A DNA stretch of 63,886 nucleotides, filler included, from Acidimicrobiia bacterium (GCA_029210695.1; 3 parts of 3 records of this genome joined end to end with filler, not necessarily neighbours in it), one strand, 5' to 3'; counted from the whole stretch's first letter, positions 18,715 through 28,827 are shown. Notes: generated from the sequence alone by a model not told the origin. Made by a program: numbers and translations.

Positions 18715-18879
18715 GCTTCCGCATGTTCTGCATACCCTGCAGATTACGTTCTGCCGGAGCTTGTGAAGTAGAGCACAAGGTCCCATACCCGGGGACCTTG
18801 TGCCTCACTGTGCGGACAATGCCGACAATGCACCTAGTGCAGAAGGGTTGGATGCATGTCATGCAGAGCGTGCCGCTCG
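18715..18879. promoter_or_regulatory. Operator region: 9-bp periodic TGC-N6 arrays flanking a 12-bp inverted repeat of Dos-like half boxes
   Basis: TGC at 18811/18820/18829/18838 and 18853/18862/18871 (+) and 18741/18732/18723 (-); GCACAAGGTCCC (18773-18784) / GGGACCTTGTGC (18792-18803). Confidence 0.6.
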
Positions 18880-18948
18880 ATCCAGATCAAAGGAGGTCCA
18901 GAATGGCTCGCCCAACTGCGTCCTCGCCACCTAGGATTCTCAGTAGCG

Positions 18949-19893
18949 ATGACACTGCTGTGGATCGTTGCCGGCATCATCGGGCTGGTGCTGGCGCTCG
19001 CCGCCAGCCGGCGGGCAGTACACCACGCTTCAGCACTGGCATTCGGCAGCCGACTTCCTCCTTTCGTGATCGGCATCAGCTTGCTGGCGATCGGGACGGA
19101 CCTTCCTGAGATCGCCAACTCGGTCATCGCTTCCCTCCGGAACCGGGGCGATCTCAATGTCAGTGACTCGATCGGGTCGGCAGTCACCCAGGTGACGCTG
19201 GTGCTCGGATTGCTCCCCTTGATCGGCGGCGCCTTCGTGGTCGGGCGGCGCCGGGTGCGGTTGATCGGTGGGCTGATCGTGGCGGCGCTGGTGCTCGGGG
19301 TGGCGCTGGTCGCCGACGGACATCTGAGCCGAATCGACGGACTGGCGCTGCTGTCCGGTTGGGTGGTCGCTTCGGCCGCGATCTGGCGCTTCGCGCCCCC
19401 CGCCTCGGGCCCGGACCTCCCCGTCCCGGTTCACGGGAAAGGCAAGCACGTTGTATCGGTTCTGGGGGCGCTCGCCGTGGTCGGTGCGGGCGCCTGGATC
19501 GCTATAGAAGCACTACTCAGAATCGCCGAGCTCATCAATGTTCCGATCTATATCGTTGGATTCCTGGGAGCGTCGCTCGGCACCTCCCTCCCCGAGTTGA
19601 TCGTCGATATCACCGCTCTGCGTGAGGGACAAACCGATCTGGCCGTCGGCGACGTGTTCGGATCGAGCCTCGTGGATGCCACCCTGTCGATCGGCATTGG
19701 ACCCATCGTGGCCCCGACCGCCATCACAGCCGGATTGGCCATACGAGGTGGCCTGGGGGCTGTGGTCGCCGTGGTCGCCGTGACTCTTGTCCTGGGCATT
19801 CGAAAGCGCCACACCCGGCTCACCGGGATCATCCTTCTGCTGATCTACGCGGCCCTATACGTACTGCTGGTGAGCGCGATCGATCTTCATTGA
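18949..19893 (+). CDS. Sodium:calcium antiporter family protein
   Basis: Duplicated alpha-repeats GTDLPE and GTSLPE; about 10 TM helices. Confidence 0.88.
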   Translation: MTLLWIVAGIIGLVLALAASRRAVHHASALAFGSRLPPFVIGISLLAIGTDLPEIANSVIASLRNRGDLNVSDSIGSAVTQVTLVLGLLPLIGGAFVVGRRRVRLIGGLIVAALVLGVALVADGHLSRIDGLALLSGWVVASAAIWRFAPPASGPDLPVPVHGKGKHVVSVLGALAVVGAGAWIAIEALLRIAELINVPIYIVGFLGASLGTSLPELIVDITALREGQTDLAVGDVFGSSLVDATLSIGIGPIVAPTAITAGLAIRGGLGAVVAVVAVTLVLGIRKRHTRLTGIILLLIYAALYVLLVSAIDLH

Positions 19894-19950
19894 TGCAGGC
19901 ACCGACAATCAAGGATCGGAGGGTGTCTCCGTTCTGACTAGCGTTGCCGT

Positions 19951-20142
19951 ATGGATTCTGCAATCATCGCCGCGCTGGTTCCCCTGGCCATCTTCGTCGT
20001 CGCCTGGGTCGGGTATTGCTGGTACGACATCTCGCGTCGCACCGTCCGCCACCTCCCGAAGTGGGCCTGGGCGCTCATCTGCCTCCTGTCCGTGCCGGTC
20101 GGCGGGATCGTCTACCTCCTTTTGGGGCGCGAACCCAAATGA
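19951..20142 (+). CDS. PLDc N-terminal-like small membrane protein
   Basis: DI..R.LPKWAW..I..PVGGIVYLLLGR; ATGA overlap with the ABC ATPase. Confidence 0.8.
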   Translation: MDSAIIAALVPLAIFVVAWVGYCWYDISRRTVRHLPKWAWALICLLSVPVGGIVYLLLGREPK

Positions 20143-21017
20143 TCACGACGACCTCGCTCACCAAGGCCTACGGATCCCGACACGCTCTCGATGATGTCTC
20201 GGTTTCTGTTCCAGACGGCTCCGTCTACGGCCTCGTTGGCCCGAACGGCGCCGGAAAGACGACTCTGCTCGGGATCCTGGCCGGACTCCGCCGCCCCACT
20301 TCGGGGTCCGTCGAAATCGGTGTCCCCCGGGAACGGCTGGCCGTGCTTCCGGATACCCCGCAATTCGAGCCCTGGTTGACGGCTCGCGAGGTGGTCGATC
20401 TGTCCCGCAACCTCTCGGCTCCGGAGGTTCCTCCGGCCAGGGTCGAAGAAGTATTGATCGAGGCCGGCCTCGAGGAGGCCATCAACGTGAGGGTCGGTGG
20501 ATTCTCGAGAGGAATGCTGCAACGCCTCGGATTGGCAGCCACCGTCATCGGCAACCCCCAGGTGCTCCTACTCGACGAACCCAGCGCCGCACTCGACCCC
20601 GCCGGACGCCGGGAGGTGCTCGATGTCGTGACGCGACTGCGCGGCCGGGCCACCGTGATGTTCTCCAGTCACATATTGAGCGACGTGCAGGAGGTGTGCG
20701 ACACCGTCGGCATCCTCAGGGACGGCCGCCTGCTCTTCGAGGGAGCGCTCAACGACCTCCTCGTCGGACGGGCCGGGATCATCTATCGAATCCGACTGCG
20801 GGAACCGCATGAACGGCTCGTCGCTTCACTTCAGAATGCGTCCTGGGTGGGTTCTGTCGAGCAACTGGCTCCGGGCGACCTCAGGGTGACCGCCAGCGAT
20901 CCAGGAGTGGCCGAACGCAACCTCATCAAGGTCCTGGCCGATGCAGAGGCGGTCGTGATCTCGGTCACTCCGGAAGGAGCTGATCTCGAGGACGTCTTCC
21001 TGGAGCTGACCTCATGA
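20139..21017 (+). CDS. ABC transporter ATP-binding protein
   Basis: GPNGAGKTT, FSRGM, LLLDEP, SSH motifs. Confidence 0.93.
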   Translation: MITTTSLTKAYGSRHALDDVSVSVPDGSVYGLVGPNGAGKTTLLGILAGLRRPTSGSVEIGVPRERLAVLPDTPQFEPWLTAREVVDLSRNLSAPEVPPARVEEVLIEAGLEEAINVRVGGFSRGMLQRLGLAATVIGNPQVLLLDEPSAALDPAGRREVLDVVTRLRGRATVMFSSHILSDVQEVCDTVGILRDGRLLFEGALNDLLVGRAGIIYRIRLREPHERLVASLQNASWVGSVEQLAPGDLRVTASDPGVAERNLIKVLADAEAVVISVTPEGADLEDVFLELTS

Positions 21018-21741
21018 ACCTCTGGAGACTCGAGTGGCTGCGCATGACCCGGACCAGCCGTTGGATAGCGATCTTCGCCGTCTTCATGTTCTTCGGGATC
21101 ATCGGACCGCTCTCGGCTCGCTACATCGGCGAGATCGTCGAGCAGTTTGGCGGCGGCATCGAGGTGTCGTTCCCCGAACCGACGCCGGCAGACGGCATCA
21201 TGCAGTACTCGGGCAACGTCCAGCAGTTGGGGCTCCTCGTGCTGATCATGGTCGCCGCCGGCGCTCTCACCATCGAATCCCGCTACGCACACGGGTTGGC
21301 AGCACGGCTCGCCTGCTGATTCCTCGCTACGTCGTTGTGGCAGGAACCGGGGTCATCGCCTTCGTCGCCGGCACGCTGCTCGCCTGGTATGAGACGGTCG
21401 TGCTGATCGGACCGCTCGACGCCGGCGCCATGGCCGCCGGTATGGCTTTCGGCAGTGTGTACCTGCTGTTCGCCGTGGCCGTGGTGGCATTTGCCGGATC
21501 CGCGCTCAAGAACGTCCTGCCGACCGTGATCGTAACGCTGACGGTGCTGCTCCTCCTCCCGCTCTTCGGGCTGATCCCGGTTGTTGAGGAGTGGCTCCCG
21601 AGTCACCTCGTGGGAGCGCTCGACGGGCTCGTCAGAGGCGGAGAGGCGACGGACTTCATCAAATCCCTCGTGGTGACCCTGGCCGGTACGTTGGCGCTGC
21701 AGTATGGGACAATACGACTGCTGGCGCGCCGCGAACTCTGA
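21014..21741 (+). pseudogene. ABC-2 permease split by a frameshift near 21280
   Basis: N-half in the frame of 21014-21319 (..ALTIES); C-half (LRTRVG..RREL) in another frame ending at 21741. Confidence 0.75.
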
Positions 21742-21809
21742 CCGCATGCTCTTGACGAGAGGGCCCGACAGCGCGATAGTTCACGCACAGTGGTCGAAGG
21801 GGACGCAGA

Positions 21810-22331
21810 GTGAAGACCTTGAAAGGAAAGATCGAGATGAGCGGCGGCGCCCGCGCCGCCGCCGCGGTCACGATCGACGAGACCACCCTCACCCTGACCG
21901 CGGAAGGTGAACACCTCGGTTCGTGGGGATTCGATGCCGTCGCCGTCCGTCGCACCGCCAGCGACCGGTTCGTCCTCGATCTCGTCGACGAGAGCCTGAT
22001 CTTCATCGCCAACGACCCGATCGACTTTGCCTACACGGTCCCCAAGTGGATCGAAACGCACCAACCGAAGAAGAAGAGCGGCGTCCGGAAACGGGTCAGT
22101 CAGGGCAAAGAGAGCCTCATCGCCCGGATCGAGAACTCCGGAGGGCGGCGCAGGGCGCAGAAGCTCGCCAGATCGACGGAACACGTTCACGCATGGCGGC
22201 AACAGGCTCTACCGGGAGGGCTCATCAGAAGGGTCTGCACTGAGTGTGACCACGTGTCGATCGACCTGCGCGATGCTGAGCTGCCGGAAGAGCAGGTGGC
22301 GGAGCCGCCGCGACCGTCCATCAGCCACTAG
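21810..22331 (+). CDS. Hypothetical protein with C-terminal HxH..CxxCxH putative Zn motif
   Basis: GAAGGGGA RBS; HVHAW..VCTECDHVSID. Confidence 0.65.
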   Translation: MKTLKGKIEMSGGARAAAAVTIDETTLTLTAEGEHLGSWGFDAVAVRRTASDRFVLDLVDESLIFIANDPIDFAYTVPKWIETHQPKKKSGVRKRVSQGKESLIARIENSGGRRRAQKLARSTEHVHAWRQQALPGGLIRRVCTECDHVSIDLRDAELPEEQVAEPPRPSISH

Positions 22332-22419
22332 CAGCCCCGTCCTCATCAATTCGTCGCAACCAGCGACGTGCCGGCGGACCATGTGACTACCGTGACGTCA
22401 GCCATTCAGGAGTCATCGA

Positions 22420-23268
22420 GTGATCGTCGACAGCTACCGGTTTCTTCCCCGCAGTTTCCGTCCCATCTACGAAAACCCCGAACCACACGGCTCCAACCAG
22501 GTCTGGGCATCGTTCGAGAAACGATTGAGCGACAGTCGCATTGCCATCCTCACGTCATCAGGAATGTACCTCGAGGAAACCCAGCAGCCGTTCGACCTCG
22601 AACGGGAGAGAGCAGAACCAACCTGGGGCGATCCGAGCTTTCGCGTGATTCCGTCACCGGTCGACCAAATCGGTCTTGCGCACCTGCACATCAGTCACGA
22701 TGACATCCTCGCCGATCCAAACATCGCACTACCGGTCGACCGGTTGGCGGAACTGACCAGGAGCGGCATCGTCGGTGAGATCGCACCCCGGCACATCTCC
22801 GTCATGGGGTTCCAGGGGACCAGCCTGGAAGGCTGGCGTGACATCGCCGCCCCCGGGATCATCGATCTCCTCCACGAAGACGAAGTGGATGGGCTGATCC
22901 TCGCTCCGGTCTGACCGGACTGTTGTAAGAACGTGCCCGTGCTGGCACGCTGGATCGAAGCAGCCGGAATCCCCACCGTGGTGGTCACGATGATGCCCGA
23001 CCTCGCCACAAAGCTGCACACACCCCGGACGGTTGGTGTGGAGTTTCCGTTCGGGCACCCGTTTGGACTTCCGCATGAACCCGCCATGCAGCATCGCGTG
23101 CTGGGCGAAGCGCTCCACGTGCTGGCCGGAGCAGACCGCTTCGGGACGAGGATCGACGTCGATCTCGAATGGCCGGTACCCCGCAAAGAGGCTTACCGGA
23201 ACTGGCAGCCGGCGGAGCCGAGCCCAATCGTCCAGTGGTGGATAAGCCAGGGTGCGCTTGACAGGTAG
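22420..23268 (+). CDS. Selenoprotein, glycine/sarcosine/betaine reductase selenoprotein B (GrdB/PrdB)-like, Sec at UGA 22912-22914
   Basis: ORFs 22420-22914 and 22933-23268 are in frame; the join reads LAPV-U-PDC (UxxC) then ARWIEAAGIPTV; GDPSFR, DPNIALP and PFGHPFG family motifs; hairpin at 22932-22949. Confidence 0.85.
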
Positions 23269-23277
23269 GCTGGCGCC

Positions 23278-23551
23278 ATGCTCGATCATCTCTGGGCAGG
23301 CTGGCGATCAACCTACGTAACATCCATCGACGACCACCCGGAGTCTTCGTGCCTCTTCTGCCGTCTTCCGGATGAAGCCGACGAGGATGCCCTGATACTC
23401 GAGCGTTCGTCCCTCGCCTATTCCGTGCTCAACCGGTATCCGTACACGACCGGACACCTGATGGTGACTGCCTATCGCCACGTGGCGGGTCTGTCTGAGC
23501 CGACCAGCGAAGAACGCAGTCAGATGTGGAACCTCATCGTCCGGGCCGAAG
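23278..23551 (+). pseudogene. HIT-family (Ap4A phosphorylase-like) hydrolase, 5' part interrupted by an IS
   Basis: LWAGWR..Y, CLFC, LNRYPYTTGHLMV; similarity stops before the HxHxH motif, where TGTCG begins. Confidence 0.8.
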
Positions 23552-23627
23552 TGTCGCCCGCCAGCGGGATGGGACCACCTTGAGATGAGTTTCGCCAGGG
23601 GGATGGGACCACCTGCTCGCCAGTGAT
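23552..23627. mobile_element. IS21-family-like terminal region, cut by the gap
   Basis: Starts TGT; 22-bp repeat CGCCAGsGGGATGGGACCACCT at 23559-23580 and 23593-23614; partial third copy before the gap. Confidence 0.7.
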
Positions 23628-23727
23628 NNNNNNNNNNNNNNNNNNNNNNNNNNNNNNNNNNNNNNNNNNNNTTAATTAATTAANNNNNNNNNNNNNNNNN
23701 NNNNNNNNNNNNNNNNNNNNNNNNNNN
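23628..23727. other. Artificial contig spacer
   Basis: 100 nt of N containing TTAATTAATTAA (stops in all six frames). Confidence 0.98.
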
Positions 23728-23729
23728 GG

Positions 23730-23867
23730 CGCGGTGTTGCAGCCCATCACTGGTCGTTTGGTCCGATGCCGCCGATCGAAGGCGTTTCGGACGCCGACCT
23801 CGAGGCAATCGTCGTTTTTGTTCGGGATGCACAGGAACGGGAGGGATTCGAGCCGTACCCGCCGTGA
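23730..23867 (+). CDS. C-terminal part of a class I cytochrome c (5' end lost in the gap)
   Basis: Reads RGVAAHHWSFGPMPPIEGVSDADLEAIVVFVRDAQ, with the MP distal-ligand motif; absent from the ORF track. Confidence 0.7.
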   Translation, partial: RGVAAHHWSFGPMPPIEGVSDADLEAIVVFVRDAQEREGFEPYPP

Positions 23868-23985
23868 ACGGGACCGCCATCATCGGGAGAGCGTGGTGAA
23901 GCTGATGATCGTCGGACTGGTTGGCGGTGAGGGAGAGGCGCGGCCCCGTGCAGTTCAGGGATCGCCCTCCGCGATGGAGAGATAG

Positions 23986-24069
23986 GCTCTGCTGGTAGCC
24001 GAGCCGGGTGTCGCGATTGGGGCCGGAACCAACGTCGCCAAAGAGTCCGCAGATCGGCGTCGTGATCGT
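23986..24069 (+). pseudogene. Relic of a P1B-type ATPase hinge motif
   Basis: ALLVAEPGVAIGAGTNVAKESAD resembles ALAxADVGIAIGAGTDVAxESAD; preceded by a stop and followed by a frameshift. Confidence 0.55.
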
Positions 24070-24957
24070 CTAGGCGGCCAGGGGCTGCGTCACCATTCGC
24101 CGCCGTCGCGCCAATCCGCTGCCCGTGTAGATCGCCAGCGCGATCCACACCAGCACGAAGCCGATCAGGCGATCCCTGCCGACGACCTCGTCGTACACGA
24201 ACACACCGATCAGGAACTGCATGGTCGGAGCGATGTACTGCAGGATGCCGATGGTCGAAAGCGGAATCCGGGTGGCGGCTGCTCCGAACAGCAGCAACGG
24301 GAGGGCCGTCGCCAATCCGGCCAGCAGCAAGAGAACCGTGGTGCGAGTCCCCGCAACGCCGAACGAACTCGATCCTCTGACGGCCAGGACGACCAGGAAT
24401 GCCAGTGCCGGGATCAGCACCAGCGCAATCTCAACGGTCAGGCTCTCGAAGGGGCCGAGCGCCAACATCTGCTTCTTCAGGAACGCATACAGAGCGAAAC
24501 TGGTGGCCAGCACGAGGGCGATCCACGGAACCGAACCGACCGTGATCGTCATGTAGACGACGCCGGCTGCGGCCACTCCGATCGCCAACCACTGAGCGGG
24601 ATCGAGACGCTCCCGCAGGATCATCACGCCCAGCGCCACGTTCAAAAGGGGATTGATGAAGTACCCAAGGCTGGCTTCGACGATGTGGCCGTTGTTGACG
24701 GCCCAGATATACGTCGCCCAATTGACGGTGAGCAATGCGCCGGCGATGAGCAGCCGGATCACCGACCGGCGGTTGAGACTACGGATCTGCGGCCAGGACC
24801 GGCGGATGCCGACCAGGGCGGTGAGCAGCACCATAGACCAGACGATCCGATGGGCGAGGATTTCGACTGCGCCGACCGTCTCGAGAGCTTTCCAGTAGAT
24901 CGGGAGGATTCCCCAGAGCAGGTATGCCGAGACGCCGAGCGCCATGCCCCGGTTCAT
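24070..24957 (-). CDS. rarD: EamA family transporter RarD
   Basis: YLLWG..PIYWK, EILAHRIVWS, EASLGYFINPL, GILQYIAPT motifs. Confidence 0.93.
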   Translation of the reverse strand: MNRGMALGVSAYLLWGILPIYWKALETVGAVEILAHRIVWSMVLLTALVGIRRSWPQIRSLNRRSVIRLLIAGALLTVNWATYIWAVNNGHIVEASLGYFINPLLNVALGVMILRERLDPAQWLAIGVAAAGVVYMTITVGSVPWIALVLATSFALYAFLKKQMLALGPFESLTVEIALVLIPALAFLVVLAVRGSSSFGVAGTRTTVLLLLAGLATALPLLLFGAAATRIPLSTIGILQYIAPTMQFLIGVFVYDEVVGRDRLIGFVLVWIALAIYTGSGLARRRRMVTQPLAA

Positions 24958-25029
24958 ACGCACAAATCCATTTTCTCCGCAATGCAATGGCGCGTCACGC
25001 GCCACAGTATTGCGGAGAAATCCTGGGGG

Positions 25030-25230
25030 TCAGTCGTCGCCGTTCAGATTGCGGCCGTTGACCTCAGCCGGCTGTTCGCCCAGGAGGCGGCCCCTGAACG
25101 TCCCGGCCGAGCGGATGAATAGGACGGACGGGAGACCATCGGCGAGTTCCTCGATGCGACGGGCATAGTCAGCTTCGTCTCCTTGCGCGGTGGCGCGCAG
25201 GCCCATCAGAACGACGTCTGCGTTCTGTGA
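25030..25230 (-). pseudogene. C-terminal relic resembling a bacterial cation-chloride cotransporter
   Basis: SQNADVVLMGLRAT..YARRIEELADGLPSVLFIRSAGTFRGRLL; preceded by an in-frame TAG, no 5' part. Confidence 0.5.
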
Positions 25231-25422
25231 CTACTCATCGAGAGGGATACGAAATTCGCATTTCGCTAAGGAGTCCGGGTGCCAATTGCCAAGTGCCAAT
25301 TGCGTGTAGCTCGCCTTCCCGCCAACTCCTTGATAACTAGTCATCATGTGTGTGCGCGCAACAACCCGCGGGTTTTCTGCCGACTTCCCGATATCCAATC
25401 CATAGATCTGGGAGGTCTGAGA

Positions 25423-27216
25423 GTGAACGAAGCTCGTTCGGTCAAGTGGGAAGGAACGCGCCGCTGGTATCTGGCGGTGCTGCTCGTGGTGGCGATGATC
25501 GCCGCGCTGGTCACTCCGATGCCTTCTTCGGCGGATGATTCGCCGTTGCTCCAGGTGATTGTTGAGAAGACGAGCGGTGCCGATGGTTCGGTTGAACAGC
25601 TCGTCGAGATGCTGGGCGGCACCGTCCTGACCGACCTCCCGATCATCAACGGCTTCTCAGCTCAATTGCCGGCCGCCTCTGTCTCCTCCCTCAGAACCAA
25701 TCGGTCGGTCTCAAACGTCACGTTGAATGATTCAATCCAGTTGACCAACGCCGGGTGGGGCGATGCCTCGAGCCTTGGTGCCTATAACCCGAACACCTTC
25801 GATGGATCGATGTACCGGGTGGCGGAATCGATCATCAAGGCGACCGATTATTGGAATACGGGATATACGGGTGCAGGCATCGACATCGCGTTGATCGACT
25901 CAGGGGTAGTCCCGGTCGAGGGCCTGCTTCAACCCGGCAAGGTCGTAAACGGTCCCGACCTGTCGTTCGAATCACAGGCCGACAACCTTCGCTACCTGGA
26001 CACGTTCGGCCACGGCACCCACATGGCCGGCATCATCGCCGGGCGAGACACCGGCGCCGCGATTACTAAATCCAACACCTCGTCGTTTCTCGGGGTGGCG
26101 CCGGGGTCGCGTATCGTCAGTCTGAAGGTGGCCGATGCCCATGGCGCCACCGATGTTTCACAGATCCTGGCTGCCATCGACTGGGTCGTTCAGCACCGCA
26201 CCGACAACGGGATGAACATACGGGTGCTCAACCTCTCATTCGGCACAGACAGCACCCAGAGCTACACCCTCGACCCGATTGCGTTCGCGGTCGAGCAGGC
26301 CTGGAACGCCGGCATCGTGGTGGTGGTCGCTTCCGGCAACGACGGAAACAGTGCCCGCTTGCGGAACCCGGCCGCCGATCCATTTGTCATCGCGGTCGGA
26401 TCATCTGAGAGCGCCAAGTCCAGGGCCGCGCTCTCGAGTGTGATGGACTTCTCCAACTGCGGGACCCAACAACGGCACGTCGATCTGGTCGTTCCCGGCC
26501 AATCGATCGTCAGCCTACGGAGCCCGGGTTCCACTGCCGACACCGACTTCCCGAAGGCACGAGTGGGAAGCCGGTTGTTCCTCGGTTCCGGCACGAGCCA
26601 GTCGGCGGCGATTGTGTCGGGGATGGCCGCTCTCATTCTCGATGAGCGTCCCGGCGCCACGCCGGATCAGGTGAAGGCACTGTTGATGGGCTCGACTCTC
26701 AACCTCAAGAAGGCTTCGAGCCTCTGTCAGGGCGCCGGCGTACCGACGCTGGACAAGGTGCTGGGCAAATCGAACCCAATCGCGGTGCAGAGCTTCCAGC
26801 CGTCGACCGGGACCGGTTCTCTCGAATCAGCCAGAGGATCGAGCCGCATCTACGACCAGGGCGCCCCACTGGTGGGAGAGCAGGACATCTTCGGTATGCC
26901 GTGGGACGGCCAGACATGGGCGCAGGCTTCGGCCGCCGGCTTTTCCTGGTCGGGAGGCAGTTGGAACGGATCTCAATGGACGGGCCTGTCGTGGTCCGGC
27001 CTGTCATGGTCCGGTCTCTCGTGGAGCGGCTTGTCGTGGTCCGGTCTTTCGTGGAGTGGTCTCTCGTGGAGCAGCCGGCTGTGGAGTGATGCGACCTGGT
27101 CGGGCCTGTCATGGTCGGGTCTCTCGTGGTCCGGTCTCTCCTGGAGCGGCCTCTCCTGGAGTGGCAACGTGTGGCACGGAGTGAGCTGGGACTCGGCCCG
27201 CCCCGGGTTCCTGTAA
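25423..27216 (+). CDS. Secreted S8 (subtilisin/AprX-like) serine protease with Trp pentapeptide-repeat tail
   Basis: Signal peptide, I9-like prodomain, IDSG / GHGTH / SGTSQ triad, ASGN; GGAGG RBS before GTG 25423. Confidence 0.92.
   Translation: MNEARSVKWEGTRRWYLAVLLVVAMIAALVTPMPSSADDSPLLQVIVEKTSGADGSVEQLVEMLGGTVLTDLPIINGFSAQLPAASVSSLRTNRSVSNVTLNDSIQLTNAGWGDASSLGAYNPNTFDGSMYRVAESIIKATDYWNTGYTGAGIDIALIDSGVVPVEGLLQPGKVVNGPDLSFESQADNLRYLDTFGHGTHMAGIIAGRDTGAAITKSNTSSFLGVAPGSRIVSLKVADAHGATDVSQILAAIDWVVQHRTDNGMNIRVLNLSFGTDSTQSYTLDPIAFAVEQAWNAGIVVVVASGNDGNSARLRNPAADPFVIAVGSSESAKSRAALSSVMDFSNCGTQQRHVDLVVPGQSIVSLRSPGSTADTDFPKARVGSRLFLGSGTSQSAAIVSGMAALILDERPGATPDQVKALLMGSTLNLKKASSLCQGAGVPTLDKVLGKSNPIAVQSFQPSTGTGSLESARGSSRIYDQGAPLVGEQDIFGMPWDGQTWAQASAAGFSWSGGSWNGSQWTGLSWSGLSWSGLSWSGLSWSGLSWSGLSWSSRLWSDATWSGLSWSGLSWSGLSWSGLSWSGNVWHGVSWDSARPGFL
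26947..27189 (+). repeat. 15-bp coding tandem repeat (WSGLS)n
   Basis: 17 TGG codons at exact 15-nt spacing; synonymous variation among copies. Confidence 0.95.
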
Positions 27217-27232
27217 GTCAGTCGTAACGATG

Positions 27233-27261
27233 GAAGCCCCCGGCACCTCCCCGGGGGCTTC
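27233..27261 (+). terminator. Intrinsic terminator candidate
   Basis: GAAGCCCCCGG / CCGGGGGCTTC 11-bp stem after the protease stop. Confidence 0.65.
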
Positions 27262-27409
27262 TCCGCGTTTCTAAGTCCGGCAGTGCCTATTGCCCATTGC
27301 GTCTTGCCTTCTGCCGCCGCGCTCCCACCTCCCTGTTGATCTCGCTGCGCGCAAGCCCTTGCCGTAAGATCGTGCCCGCCGGTGGAGACCATTCGAACGG
27401 GAGTCGTAC

Positions 27410-28804
<1,395 letters not shown>

Positions 28805-28827
28805 GGACGTCGCAGCAAGCTGCGACT

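Noticed and set aside
23559..23627. 22-bp direct repeats as a mini CRISPR array
   Set aside because: The spacer is only 12 nt, no cas genes are present, and the TG-start context inside a broken gene fits IS21 subterminal repeats.
23628..23727. TTAATTAATTAA palindromes (also at 47080-47179) and synteny across them
   Set aside because: Artificial six-frame-stop linkers in N runs; no biological adjacency can be claimed across them.
25279..25303. TGCCAAN x3 short repeat upstream of the protease
   Set aside because: Single short occurrence with no supporting regulator; too weak to call an operator or riboswitch.
26947..27189. 15-bp repeats as CRISPR or a non-coding VNTR
   Set aside because: In-frame coding repeat with synonymous variation and no spacers.
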